DNA of 64,000 nucleotides from an uncultured delta proteobacterium (GCA_963745025.1 CAVUWD010000005.1:183860-247859); one strand, 5' to 3'. Shown: positions 20,171 through 30,359, numbered from the stretch's first letter. Translations and numbers: made by a program. Notes: generated from the sequence alone by a model not told the origin.

Positions 20171-20554
20171 CGGGGGTCGTGGGTCATCGTGGCGATCGCC
20201 GCCGCGGTGGAAGGGGGCGTTGCCCCTCTAGTAAGGCCTCAGTTTTTGCCTCGAATACTTGTGGAGGACAACCGCGCGGAGCGCGGCAGGCAGTAACCCG
20301 CGAGTTGGTGCATTGCCTTCCGCGCTTGCGCGCGGTGGCTGGATTCTCCGGTTGACCCGAGTACGGGCCGACCGGAGAATCCAGCGCTTCGGAATCTCGA
20401 GCGCTCGAGGCAACACTGAGCGGATACCCAGCGCGCCGCTTTATCGGAATTGTTTCGACCGCTCGTAAGCTGTAAGCCAATTGTGGGGTAACAACGATAA
20501 AGCGGCAACGTCTCCTTCGCCATCTGCCCAGGTCCCAAAATGACCCACGCCCCG
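20171..20554 (+). ncRNA. Candidate large structured non-coding RNA (family not recognised)
   Basis: Nested helices span the whole intergenic region: 20178-87/20540-49, 20210-24/20504-18 and 20238-54/20405-20; hairpins at 20271-336, 20338-385 and 20435-506. Most imperfect pairs are G-U on the + strand. Confidence 0.55.
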
Positions 20555-20559
20555 GGCCG

Positions 20560-21309
20560 GTGAGCTTCTGGAAGAACTACTTTGCCGCGTATGCCGGCGA
20601 GTACCGGCGTTTTCGCCCGACCTATCCGAGCAGGCTGTTCGAGATCCTGGCCGACTTGAGCCCCGCGCTGCGGCTCGCGTGGGACTGTGGAACGGGAAAC
20701 GGACAGGCGGCGCTCGCGCTCGCGGCGCACTTCGAGCGCGTGGTCGCTACCGATGCGAGCCAGGAACAGATCGCACTGGCGACGCTCCACCCGCGTGTCG
20801 AGTATCGAGTCGCCCCCGCGGAGAACGGCGGGCTAGAGGATTCTTCGGTGGATCTAGTCACCGTGGCGCAGGCCGTCCACTGGTTCGACCTCGATCGTTT
20901 CTACGCGGAGGTACGGCGCGTGGCCCGCCCGCGTGCGGTGATCGCCCTGTGGTGCTACACGCTGCTCGAGATCGATCCGGCGATCGACGCGCTGATCGAG
21001 CGATTCTATGCCGACGTCGTCGGTCCCTACTGGCCGAAGCAGCGCGTTCAGGTCGATCGGGGATATCGGGATCTGCCGTTCCCCTTCGAGGAGCTCACGT
21101 CCCCGAGCCTCGCGGTGGAGGCGGAATGGAGTCTCGCCCAGCTCCTCGGCTACGTGGACACCTGGTCGCCGGTACGGATCTTTCGGGAGAAGAGGGGTGA
21201 GGACCCGCTAGCCGAGCTCGCCGAGCCGCTCGCGCGAGTCTGGGGAGAGCCCACGTGCGTGCGGCGGGTGCGTTTTCCGCTGTGCTTCCGGATCGGCCGC
21301 GTCGCGTGA
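20560..21309 (+). CDS. Class I SAM-dependent methyltransferase
   Basis: FRPTYP, WDCGTGNGQAA and AQAVHWFD motifs. Confidence 0.9.
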   Translation: MSFWKNYFAAYAGEYRRFRPTYPSRLFEILADLSPALRLAWDCGTGNGQAALALAAHFERVVATDASQEQIALATLHPRVEYRVAPAENGGLEDSSVDLVTVAQAVHWFDLDRFYAEVRRVARPRAVIALWCYTLLEIDPAIDALIERFYADVVGPYWPKQRVQVDRGYRDLPFPFEELTSPSLAVEAEWSLAQLLGYVDTWSPVRIFREKRGEDPLAELAEPLARVWGEPTCVRRVRFPLCFRIGRVA

Positions 21310-21318
21310 CGCGAGCCG

Positions 21319-22734
21319 TTACTTCGTCGTCGGCGCGGGAGCCGGCGTCGGCGGGGTCTCGACGAAGTCTTCCTTCTTCTTGTCGAGGTGCGAGTAGAGG
21401 TATCCGCGGAGGTGGTAGACGATATCCCCGCCTTCGGCCATGGCGTAGGCGTTGGTGTTCGAGCCGCTGCCGCTCTGGCTGGCGAGAATGCGGCCAAGCG
21501 GCTTTCCGCTCGCATCAATGAGCGAGAAGGCGATGTCGGGCTCGGCAAGGCCATATTGTCCGAGATCGCCCGGCTTCTCCGCGGCGATCTCGTAACCCTT
21601 GAGGTCGCGGAGATCGCCGACGAGCTCACCGATCTGTTCGCTCTTCGAGGTCTTGGCGCCGTCGACCTTCCAGGTCTCCGCCGCCGGGGTCGGTAGCGGG
21701 GTGGCGCCGCCGGGAGCGCTCTCCTTCACCAACCGATACGCTTCACCCCCGCGACGCACGACCTCCACCGTGGCGAGGCTCGAGAGCTCGAACGGCAGGA
21801 CGGTCTTGTCCCGGAAGGCAGAGAGATTCTTGTGTAGGCTCGTCCACGTCCAGGTGCCGACCGCGTAGACGGTGTCCGCATCGGCCCGCTTGACGTAGAG
21901 GACGTTCTTCGAGTCCTTGGCCTTCTCGGCGCCGATCCAGAGCTCCTTGCGCGCCATCTCCTTGCCGACGAGGACGGCGACTTTCTCGCGCGGATTGTCG
22001 AGGCCATACTCGGCGAACGCGCCCGGCTCGTCGATGAAGTCCTCGGCGCGGGCCCCGCGCAGTGAAGAGAGAAACGCGTTGACCTCGCTCGTGTCGGCCT
22101 TCAAGGGCTGCGGCTTCTCGATCTTCCAGCCCTCGCTCTCGCGCGCGAGCTCGATCGTCGATTCGGGCGTGGTCACCTCGATCGTCTTCACGTCGGCCTC
22201 CTGGAAATCCAGGACCGTCTTGTCGCGGAGGTCTTTCACCTCGCGCTTCATGCCCGTCTGGAGGACCGAAGGAACGAGCTTCACCTCCGTGCTGCCCTCG
22301 AGCTGCGCGTATGCCGAGAAGCCGACCGGCGCTGCCTTGCCGATGCGAATCGACGGCAGCGCCTTGCCGCTCGAGAGAGTCAGTGTGACGATCGCTTCGG
22401 GCTTGTCGAGGCCATAGACGTCCAGAGACTTCGCGTCGCCTTCGAGCGTCCGCTTGACCTCGGCATCGGCGACCGCGCGGACGAGATTTTGCACGGCGGA
22501 CTGATCGGCGCCGGCGTCGATCGGCTTCTGCAGGTGCCAGCCGGCGCCCGTCTTCCTCACGACGATCTGCTGGTCGGGGTAGGTGAGCACGACCTCGCTC
22601 ACGTCGTCCGGCTTGAAGTGCAGCAGCTTCTTCTGCTCGGCCTCCTGCTGATGGCGCGGTGTCTCGACGAAGTAGAGATAGCCGGCGAGAGCGAGGAACA
22701 GAACCGCGACCGCGAGCGTGTTGCGGGATTTCAT
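21319..22734 (-). CDS. DUF4340 domain protein (ABC-associated, periplasmic)
   Basis: N-terminal TM anchor; three repeats containing YGLDxP/YGLAEP and RDKTVL. Confidence 0.8.
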   Translation of the reverse strand: MKSRNTLAVAVLFLALAGYLYFVETPRHQQEAEQKKLLHFKPDDVSEVVLTYPDQQIVVRKTGAGWHLQKPIDAGADQSAVQNLVRAVADAEVKRTLEGDAKSLDVYGLDKPEAIVTLTLSSGKALPSIRIGKAAPVGFSAYAQLEGSTEVKLVPSVLQTGMKREVKDLRDKTVLDFQEADVKTIEVTTPESTIELARESEGWKIEKPQPLKADTSEVNAFLSSLRGARAEDFIDEPGAFAEYGLDNPREKVAVLVGKEMARKELWIGAEKAKDSKNVLYVKRADADTVYAVGTWTWTSLHKNLSAFRDKTVLPFELSSLATVEVVRRGGEAYRLVKESAPGGATPLPTPAAETWKVDGAKTSKSEQIGELVGDLRDLKGYEIAAEKPGDLGQYGLAEPDIAFSLIDASGKPLGRILASQSGSGSNTNAYAMAEGGDIVYHLRGYLYSHLDKKKEDFVETPPTPAPAPTTK

Positions 22735-22753
22735 CGGGCTTGCGTGGGCGGCC

Positions 22754-24292
22754 TCACAGCGTCCGGCGGCGGCTCCACACCGAGATCCCGAGCAGCAGCA
22801 GCAGCTCGGGAACGATCAGCACCGAGAGATAGAAGATCAGCGACACCTGGTCCGAGGTGAGCTGCACGCGCGAGGCGCGTACCGAACGCGCCCGGATCGA
22901 GATCTGCTTGTCCTCCCCGACCGCCCAATTCACCGCGTTCAGCATCAGGTCGCGGTTGTAGAAGTTGCTCAGGAACTTGTTGTCGACGAACTCGTCGCTG
23001 CCGAACACGACGAGGCGAGACGCGACGTCCTTGTCGCCCAGCTTGGCCGTTACGGTGGCGGCGACCGCGATCGAGATCGGTCCCTTGCGATCGGTCTTCG
23101 AGTCGAGGGTCGCCTGGCCCTTGTTGAAGAGCGCGTCGAGATCGGACTCGGCCCAGCTCGAAACGCTGGTCTTGACGATCGAGGTGGCCTCGATGCCGGC
23201 CTTCTTGTCGGCAGCGACGTCGACGGATCGGGTGAACGGATAGATCGTCCGCTGTGCGAAGCCCTCGGTGATCGGGTGCCGCCCGTACTTGTCGGCGATC
23301 GGCTCGACGCCGAGCGCCGGACCCTGGAAGAGGCGCAGCACTTGATCGACGACGACGTCGTTTCCGACCTGAATCCCATAGTCCGCAAGCAACGGACCGA
23401 GCTCGGGCCCGCGCCGCGCGGCGAGCAGGAACACGGCGCGGCCGCCGCTGGCGAGATAGTCCTTGACGAGCTTGATCTCCGGCTCGAGGTACGGCTTCTG
23501 CGGAGCGGCCACGATCAGCAGGTTGCAGTCCTCCGGCACCTTCTGCTGCGTGGCGAGCAGTACCGACTTCGTGATGTAGTTCTCGCTCTCGAGCGCGGTT
23601 CGGAAGCCGCCGTAGCCCTTCGGGTTCTCCATGTCGGCCGCGTCGGGCTCGCCGTGGCCCTCGACCAGACAGAGCGTCTTCTTGGTCGAGTGCGTGACCT
23701 TGATGATCGCGTTGGTGATCGATTCCTCGTTCCCCTTGGTGATGAGCGTCGACTGATCTCCGTACGCGACGCGGATCGTGCCGTAAGTCGTGATGTTGTA
23801 CTTCTGGGCGAGATCGGGGCTCTTGTCGGGATCGATCATCTGATACTTCACGTGGCTCGATTCTTCGGCATAGCTCTTGAATAGCTCCTCGATCCCCGGA
23901 TCCTTGCCCATCTCGACGAACGCCTGCAGATCGAGGTCCTGGTTCAGTTCCTTCACGTACGTCGCGGACAGCGGGGACAGGCTGTAGACGCCGGCCTCGG
24001 TCGTGTCGAAGCGCTTGAAGTGCCGCGCCGCCAGAAAGTTCACCATCACGAGAATGCCGATGAAGAGCACCGAATAGAGAGCCGCGTTGGCGCCGAACTT
24101 GGTCGAGCGCTCGCCGAGGAACGCGCCGAAGGTATCGCGAGCCGATGCCGCGTAGGCGATCAGCGCGAAGATGCCGAACAGCACGTTGGCCACGACGAAG
24201 AAGCTCACTTCTTGAGTGATCGCGTAGGCCACGCCGCCGAAGAACAGCGTGGCGAGGCCGATCGTCCCGAGGCTCGTCTGGCTCCGTCGCAT
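22754..24292 (-). CDS. GldG-family ABC auxiliary protein
   Basis: RFDTT...YSLS, IDPDKSP, ITNAIIKV, GHGE and N-DL-LNAVNW motifs; TM segments at both ends. Confidence 0.85.
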   Translation of the reverse strand: MRRSQTSLGTIGLATLFFGGVAYAITQEVSFFVVANVLFGIFALIAYAASARDTFGAFLGERSTKFGANAALYSVLFIGILVMVNFLAARHFKRFDTTEAGVYSLSPLSATYVKELNQDLDLQAFVEMGKDPGIEELFKSYAEESSHVKYQMIDPDKSPDLAQKYNITTYGTIRVAYGDQSTLITKGNEESITNAIIKVTHSTKKTLCLVEGHGEPDAADMENPKGYGGFRTALESENYITKSVLLATQQKVPEDCNLLIVAAPQKPYLEPEIKLVKDYLASGGRAVFLLAARRGPELGPLLADYGIQVGNDVVVDQVLRLFQGPALGVEPIADKYGRHPITEGFAQRTIYPFTRSVDVAADKKAGIEATSIVKTSVSSWAESDLDALFNKGQATLDSKTDRKGPISIAVAATVTAKLGDKDVASRLVVFGSDEFVDNKFLSNFYNRDLMLNAVNWAVGEDKQISIRARSVRASRVQLTSDQVSLIFYLSVLIVPELLLLLGISVWSRRRTL

Positions 24293-24325
24293 GGGCTCAG
24301 AATTCGTCAGGAAGTCGGCGGACGG

Positions 24326-25102
24326 TCATCTCCAGCGAAGCGACTCGACCGAACGGTGCGTGAGGAACAGCGCCGCGGCGATGAGCGAGACGAAGTAGGC
24401 GAGCGCGCGGCTGTCGATCACGCCCTTGACGAACTCGCTGAAGTGCTCCGTCACCGAGAGATAGTGGAGCACGGCGCCGATCGTCGGTGTCGAGGTGTCG
24501 GCCGGCCAGTTGATCACGTAGAGGAGAAGGAGCGCCACCAGGGACGAAACGGCGGCGATGATCTGGTTCTCGGTGAGCGAGGAGGTGAGGAGCCCGATCG
24601 ACAAGAAGCTCGCCGCGACGAGGAAGAGGCCGAGGTATCCGGAGAGCATGATGCCCATCTCGGGGTCGCCGTAGACGACGAGCAGAATCGGATAGATCGC
24701 GGTCAGCGACAGCATCAACGTGACGAAAACGAGTGCGCCCAAGAACTTGCCGGCGACGATCTCGCCGACGCGCAGCGGCGAGGTGAGCAGCAGCTCGAAG
24801 GTGCCGAGGCGCTTCTCTTCGGCGAAGGTGCGCATGGTGATCATCGGGATCAGGATCACCAGCACGACGGAGAGGTTGTGAAGGAGCGGCGAAATCACGA
24901 ACTCGTTCAGATTCAACCGCTCGAGCTCTGCGCCGCCGCGCCCCATGCTTCCGTAGATCTGCAGTAGGTAGCTGAAGCGCGCGAGCAGATTGAAGAAGAA
25001 CCAGCCGGAGAGGAGCAGGAACCCCGTCAGCACGACGTAGGCGATCGGCGAGACGAAGTAGGAGCGGATCTCCCGAGCGGCGATGGCCAGCGCGTTCTTC
25101 AT
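24326..25102 (-). CDS. ABC-2 type permease (GldF-like)
   Basis: REIRSYFVSPIAY and TMRTFAEEKRLGTFELLLTSP motifs. Confidence 0.9.
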   Translation of the reverse strand: MKNALAIAAREIRSYFVSPIAYVVLTGFLLLSGWFFFNLLARFSYLLQIYGSMGRGGAELERLNLNEFVISPLLHNLSVVLVILIPMITMRTFAEEKRLGTFELLLTSPLRVGEIVAGKFLGALVFVTLMLSLTAIYPILLVVYGDPEMGIMLSGYLGLFLVAASFLSIGLLTSSLTENQIIAAVSSLVALLLLYVINWPADTSTPTIGAVLHYLSVTEHFSEFVKGVIDSRALAYFVSLIAAALFLTHRSVESLRWR

Positions 25103-25860
25103 GGCGCTTCCGCGCCGGCTTCGGCCTGCGCCTCGGCTTCCTCCAGCGCTTCCTCTTTGGAGATCGCCTGAAGAAAGATCTCCTCGAGGCTCAAGCCCTG
25201 CTTCAAGAGATTCTCCATGCGCTCTTCGAGCGCGATTCGACCCGCCGCGATGATCACGACCTTCTCGCAGATCTGCGACACCTCGGGGAGGATGTGCGTC
25301 GATAGGATGACCGTGCGATTGCCGGCGAGCTCGCGGATGAGCTTGCGGATCTCGATGATCTGACGGGGATCGAGGCCGATCGTCGGCTCGTCGAGCACGA
25401 GGACCGGCGGATCGTGAATCAGCGCCTGCGCGAGCCCGACGCGCTGCCGGTATCCCTTCGACAGGTGGCCGGTCAGCCGCGCACGCACGTCCGTGAGCCC
25501 GCAGGTTGCCAATACCCGCGCGACGGCGTCGGCGATGTCGCTTCGCGGCACCGCCTTGATGCGCGCGACGAACTGTAGGTAACTCTCGACCGTCATGTCG
25601 GTGTAGAGCGGCGGAGTCTCGGGTAGGTAGCCGATCCGCCGACGCACCTCGAAGGAGCTCTCGAAGACGTCGAAGCCGTCGACCGTGACGGTGCCGCTCG
25701 TCGCCGGCATGAAGCCGGTGAGGATCCGCATCGTCGTCGTCTTGCCGGCACCGTTCGGGCCGAGGAACCCGAGGATCTCCCCGCGCGCGACGTTGAAGGA
25801 TACATCGCGGATCGCCATGAGATCGCCGTACCGCTTGGTGAGATTGCGGACCTCGATCAT
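25099..25860 (-). CDS. ABC transporter ATP-binding protein (GldA-like)
   Basis: GPNGAGKTT, LSKGYRQR and LDEPTIGLDP motifs. Confidence 0.93.
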   Translation of the reverse strand: MIEVRNLTKRYGDLMAIRDVSFNVARGEILGFLGPNGAGKTTTMRILTGFMPATSGTVTVDGFDVFESSFEVRRRIGYLPETPPLYTDMTVESYLQFVARIKAVPRSDIADAVARVLATCGLTDVRARLTGHLSKGYRQRVGLAQALIHDPPVLVLDEPTIGLDPRQIIEIRKLIRELAGNRTVILSTHILPEVSQICEKVVIIAAGRIALEERMENLLKQGLSLEEIFLQAISKEEALEEAEAQAEAGAEAP

Positions 25861-26026
25861 GGCGCAGTCAAAGCGAACAAGGTTTCACGCATCTGTAGGG
25901 TTCACCAATGAATGTGCAGAACGCTCGGGCCTCGTGAGCGGCCCCGATTAACCATCGACCTAGTCGAAGTCAAGGAAGCCGCCCGGCTCTATTGACGATG
26001 TCTCGCCGAGTATATTCATTGCCTTC

Positions 26027-28663
26027 ATGCCGAGGCCGGTGTCACGCCTCTATTTGGTCGACGTCAGCTCCTACATCTTCCGCGCCTTCCACGCGATCCC
26101 GCCCCTCAACAACAAGAACGGGTTGCCGACCAACGCGATCCTCGGCGTCGTCAACATGCTTCTCAAGCTCGTGAACGAGGAGCGTCCCGAGCGCATGGGG
26201 ATCGTGTTCGATGCGGCCGGGCCGACGTTTCGCGACGAGATCGACGGCGACTACAAGGCCAACCGCAGTCCGACGCCCGATGCGCTCGTGCCTCAGCTGC
26301 CCTACGTCCGGAGAGTCATCGAGGCGTTGCGGCTGCGTTGCCTGGAGATCCCAGGCGTGGAGGCGGACGACGTCATCGCCACGCTCGCGCGGAGCTTCGC
26401 TTCCGAGTCGATCGAGGTGGTCGTCGTGACCGGCGACAAGGACTTGATGCAGCTCGTCGGGCCGCACGTCACGCTGTACATGCCGAGCGGCGGCCGGGGC
26501 GGCACGCTCGAGCCGCGCCGTGTCGGTCGTGCGGAAGTCGAGGCGCGCTTCGGCGTTCCGCCGGAGAAGGTCGTGGAGGTCATGGGCCTCACCGGGGACT
26601 CGATCGACAACATTCCCGGCGTGAAGGGAATCGGCGACAAGACCGCGCAGGCGCTCATCCAGAAGTTCGGTTCCGTCGACGAGCTGCTCGCTCGGCTCGA
26701 CGAGGTGGGAACGCTCGGTCTGCGCGGCGCCAAGCGCATCCGCGAGCTCCTCGCGAACCAAGCCGACTCGGCGCGACAGTCGCGAGAGCTCGCGCGGCTG
26801 AAGAGTGACGTCCCGCTCGAGGTGACGCTCGACGACTTTCGCATGCAGGCGCCGGATTACCTGACGCTGCGGACGCTCTTCACCGAGCTCGGTTTTCAGT
26901 CGAAGATCCCGCTCGTCGCGCCGCGCGAGCCGTCGAAGAGCGGGACGACGGGATGGATCGAGACCCGGGCGGAGCTCGATCTCTTCGCCCAGACGCTCGC
27001 CGGCAGGAGCCGGATCGCGATCGAGCTCGTCGAGGGAGAAGGGAAGCGCCTAGACTGCCTGGCGGTCGCTCCGGAAGAGAGCGAAGCGTTCGTCATCACC
27101 TTCGGGCGCGAGATCCGGCCGAGCGACCTCGCCCCGTGGCTCGGCTCGGCGGCCCTCGCCAAAGTGGGTTCCGATCTGAAGCGCGCGGTCGTCCGCCTCG
27201 AGCGTGAAGGGGTCTCGCTCGGTGGCCTCGACTTCGACGTGGGCGTCGCCTCCTACGTGGTCAACCCTTCACGGCAGAGCCACCGCGTGGAGGACCTCGC
27301 GCTCGAATACCTCGGCCGGAGCCTGGTGACTGGCCTCGAGGAATCGGAGCACGGGGTGGGGGAGGCGGCGGCCGAGCGCGCGCGCTCCGTGGTCCGTCTC
27401 GAGGCGGTGCTCCGCGAGAAGCTCGCCGAGCAGCAGGCGGAGAGCCTCTTTCGCGAGATCGAGATGCCGCTCGTCTCGGTGCTCGCACGCATGGAAGCGC
27501 GCGGCGTGCGCATTGACACGGAGCTCCTCGCCGCGCTCGGAGCGGAGCTCGACGGGCGGATGCGCGCGCTGCTCGGCGAGATCTACGAGCTCGCCGGCGG
27601 CGAGTTCAACGTCAACTCACCGCCGCAGCTGCGCGAGGTCCTGTTCGCCAAGCTGAAGATCTCGACGCGAGGGGTGCGGCGCGGCAAGACCGGGCTTTCG
27701 ACCGACGTCGACGTGCTCACCCGTCTTGCCCGCGAGCATCCGCTCCCGCAGAGGATCCTCGACTACCGGAGCCTCGCCAAGCTCAAGTCGACGTACGTCG
27801 ATGCGTTGCCCGCGCTGGTCGATCCCGAGACCGGCCGCATCCACTGCTCCTTCAATCAGACGGTGGCGGCCACCGGGCGGCTCTCGTCGAGCGATCCCAA
27901 TCTGCAGAACATCCCGATCCGGACCGAGGAGGGGCGGCGCATTCGCGCCGCCTTCTTGCCCGCGCCCGGCCATCGCTTGATCTCGGCCGACTACTCGCAG
28001 ATCGAGCTCCGCGTGCTCGCCCACATCTCGGCCGACCCGATGCTGATCTCCGCGTTCCAGAAGCGCGAGGACATCCACATGCGCACCGCCGCGGAGGTCT
28101 TCGGGGTCGATGCCGGGGCGGTCAGCGCCGATCAGCGCCGCACCGCCAAGGTCATCAACTTCGGCATCCTCTACGGCATGGGTCCTTCGCGGCTCTCGAA
28201 GGAGCTCGAGATCTCGCTCGAGGAGGCGAAGAGCTACATCGACAGCTACTTCGCTCGCTATCCCGGCGTTTCGGAGTACATCCGCACGACGCTCGAGGAG
28301 GCGAGAGCCAGGGGCTACGTCACGACCCTCTTCGGCCGACGCCGATTCATTCCCGATCTCACGAGCACGGAAGGGGGTGTGCGGCAGTTCGCCGAGCGCA
28401 CGGCCGTCAACACGCCGATCCAGGGTACGGCGGCCGACCTGATCAAGGCGGCGATGGTACGGATCGATCGCCGCCTCGCCGAGCGAGCGAGCGCCGCCGG
28501 CATCATCCTACAGGTCCACGACGAGCTCATTCTCGAGGCACCAGAGGCCGAGGTCGATCAGGTGGTGGCGCTGGTTCGCGAGGAGATGGAAGGCGCGGCA
28601 CGGCTCTCGGTTCCCCTCGAAGTTTCGGTCGGGGTAGGATCGAACTGGGCGGAAATCCATTGA
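26027..28663 (+). CDS. polA: DNA polymerase I
   Basis: 5'-3' exonuclease EADDVIATL; polymerase motifs DYSQIELR, AKVINFGILYG and QVHDEL. Confidence 0.97.
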   Translation: MPRPVSRLYLVDVSSYIFRAFHAIPPLNNKNGLPTNAILGVVNMLLKLVNEERPERMGIVFDAAGPTFRDEIDGDYKANRSPTPDALVPQLPYVRRVIEALRLRCLEIPGVEADDVIATLARSFASESIEVVVVTGDKDLMQLVGPHVTLYMPSGGRGGTLEPRRVGRAEVEARFGVPPEKVVEVMGLTGDSIDNIPGVKGIGDKTAQALIQKFGSVDELLARLDEVGTLGLRGAKRIRELLANQADSARQSRELARLKSDVPLEVTLDDFRMQAPDYLTLRTLFTELGFQSKIPLVAPREPSKSGTTGWIETRAELDLFAQTLAGRSRIAIELVEGEGKRLDCLAVAPEESEAFVITFGREIRPSDLAPWLGSAALAKVGSDLKRAVVRLEREGVSLGGLDFDVGVASYVVNPSRQSHRVEDLALEYLGRSLVTGLEESEHGVGEAAAERARSVVRLEAVLREKLAEQQAESLFREIEMPLVSVLARMEARGVRIDTELLAALGAELDGRMRALLGEIYELAGGEFNVNSPPQLREVLFAKLKISTRGVRRGKTGLSTDVDVLTRLAREHPLPQRILDYRSLAKLKSTYVDALPALVDPETGRIHCSFNQTVAATGRLSSSDPNLQNIPIRTEEGRRIRAAFLPAPGHRLISADYSQIELRVLAHISADPMLISAFQKREDIHMRTAAEVFGVDAGAVSADQRRTAKVINFGILYGMGPSRLSKELEISLEEAKSYIDSYFARYPGVSEYIRTTLEEARARGYVTTLFGRRRFIPDLTSTEGGVRQFAERTAVNTPIQGTAADLIKAAMVRIDRRLAERASAAGIILQVHDELILEAPEAEVDQVVALVREEMEGAARLSVPLEVSVGVGSNWAEIH

Positions 28664-28666
28664 AGA

Positions 28667-28737
28667 CGGCTACCGACTACGGACTACCTAACGGTAAGGC
28701 ACCGTGGAGTCTTTTCTGGTACCGGCAGCCGGTAGCC
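28667..28737. repeat. Heptamer-based palindromic intergenic element (copy 4)
   Basis: CGGCTAC-CGACTAC-GGACTAC ... TCTTTTCT-GGTACC-GGCAGCC-GGTAGCC. Confidence 0.75.
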
Positions 28738-28780
28738 TGAATTTCGCTTCCCCGGCGGCCGTCAAACAGGACGTGGCGAT

Positions 28781-29335
28781 TTGGCTGAGAACGATTGGGA
28801 GCTCGTCCGGCGTAGCTTGGCTGGGGATCAGCAGGGGTTCCGAGCGCTCTTCGACCGCTATCATCGTCAGGTACTCGCGATCGCCGTCGGTATGACCGGC
28901 AACGGCGATGATGCGATGGATGTCGTCCAAGAGACTTTCGTACGTGCTCATAAGAACCTGGGTAGCTTTCTCGGCGAGTCGAGCTTCTACACGTGGCTCT
29001 ACCGGATCGCCGTCAACGTTGGCATCGACTTTCGCCGGCGCCAGTCACGGCGTGCCGAGATCGTTCAGCTCGAGCCCATCGATGAAAACGTGGGCGATAG
29101 CGAGCGTGCGGTCGACCCGAGAACGGAGGTCGAGCGACGCGAGCTCGGTCGGCGCATTCTCCAGGCGGTTGACGAGTTGACGCCCGAGCACAAAGCCGCC
29201 ATCATTCTTCGTGAAATCGAAGGCCTATCCTACGAAGAGATCAGCAAGGTCATGCAGTGTTCGAAGGGGACGGTGATGAGCCGCCTCCACTACGCTCGCA
29301 AGAAGTTGCAAGCGAAGCTGCGTGAGCTCTTGTAG
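28781..29335 (+). CDS. ECF RNA polymerase sigma-70 factor (RpoE-like)
   Basis: DVVQETFVRA, SSFYTWLYRIAVN, LREIEGLSYEEI and GTVMSRLHYAR motifs. Confidence 0.93.
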   Translation: MAENDWELVRRSLAGDQQGFRALFDRYHRQVLAIAVGMTGNGDDAMDVVQETFVRAHKNLGSFLGESSFYTWLYRIAVNVGIDFRRRQSRRAEIVQLEPIDENVGDSERAVDPRTEVERRELGRRILQAVDELTPEHKAAIILREIEGLSYEEISKVMQCSKGTVMSRLHYARKKLQAKLRELL

Positions 29336-29349
29336 GAGTGCATGCAGCC

Positions 29350-29889
29350 ATGACCTTCGAAAGAGATACGAGCTGTCAGGACTTCGCCAGGCGCTTCGAC
29401 GGCTTTCTCGACGGTGAGATGGATGCGCATTCGCTGCGCGCCATGGCCTTGCATGCGAGCCATTGTCCCGCGTGTGGTCTCGATCTCGAGAGCACGGAGA
29501 CTCTCCAGGAGCTGATCCTCAAAGCGGTCGAGGGCGAGGTCGAGCGGCTCGACACCTCCTCGCTCTGGGCCACGATCGAGACGCGGCTCGAGCCCCCGCG
29601 GGCGCCGCTCCGAATCCGGCTGCGCGGATATTTCGAAGAGCGGAGCTGGTCGAGGCCGGTGCCGGCGCTCGTGCTCGGGGGAGCGCTCGCCGCGCTCGTC
29701 GTCACGCTTCTCTGGCCGGTCGCGTTGGCGCCGGAGCGATTCGCGACCGCACCGGTCGAACCCGTCGACAATCGCGCGCAGATCGAGCGCATCGAATCGA
29801 ATCGATCGCATGTCGCGGTTTGGAGCGAGCCGTCGGCGCACACCACGGCGATCTGGGTCGCGAGCTACGAGCCGGAGGGAGCGCCGTGA
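29350..29889 (+). CDS. Zinc-binding (zf-HC2) membrane anti-sigma factor
   Basis: FLDGE...HASHCPAC (HxxxCxxC) followed by one TM helix; start could be 29338, 29342-region or 29350. Confidence 0.8.
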   Translation: MTFERDTSCQDFARRFDGFLDGEMDAHSLRAMALHASHCPACGLDLESTETLQELILKAVEGEVERLDTSSLWATIETRLEPPRAPLRIRLRGYFEERSWSRPVPALVLGGALAALVVTLLWPVALAPERFATAPVEPVDNRAQIERIESNRSHVAVWSEPSAHTTAIWVASYEPEGAP

Positions 29890-30359
29890 CGATCGGCTTG
29901 CCGTCCGTACGAAGCTGCGGGATCCCGTTGATCATCGTGCTATGCGTGTTCGCGGTGCGGATCGCGCTCGCCGATGACGAGGCGGTCGCCCTGCACGTTC
30001 GGACGGTGCTCGCGACCGACAGCGGATCGGACTTCGACACGCGCTTGGACGGCTACCGCCGACAGCTACGCGGCCTTTTCCGTTACAACTCATACCGTCT
30101 GGTCAAAGAAGAAGAGAGGCACTGTGCCTTCGGACGTTCCAACAACTTCGAGATCCCGGGCGGGCGCTACCTCGAGGTCCTGCCCGTGCAGTTTCGAGAG
30201 GACCGACTGAAGCTACGCGTGCTGCTGATCGAGGGCACGAGCTCCCCACCTCTCGATACGGACTTCACGGTCCCGAACCGCGGCAACATCTGGGTGGGAG
30301 GGCCGAGAAATCCCGATGGGGTGCTGCTGATCTCGATCGGCGCGGAGGCGACACAATGA
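29886..30359 (+). CDS. Hypothetical exported protein
   Basis: GTGA overlap with the anti-sigma stop; signal-peptide-like N-terminus; ATGA overlap with the next gene. Confidence 0.65.
   Translation: MTIGLPSVRSCGIPLIIVLCVFAVRIALADDEAVALHVRTVLATDSGSDFDTRLDGYRRQLRGLFRYNSYRLVKEEERHCAFGRSNNFEIPGGRYLEVLPVQFREDRLKLRVLLIEGTSSPPLDTDFTVPNRGNIWVGGPRNPDGVLLISIGAEATQ

Noticed and set aside
20171-20554. tmRNA, RNase P RNA, SRP RNA or a coding gene
   Set aside because: I could not find their signature motifs, and the short ORFs here lack recognisable protein features.
21319-25860. Gliding motility machinery
   Set aside because: GldA/F/G-like ABC loci with DUF4340 are widespread outside gliding Bacteroidota, and no other gld or spr genes are present here.
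25992-26016. Sigma-70 promoter for polA (TTGACG...TATATT)
   Set aside because: The spacer is only 13 nt.
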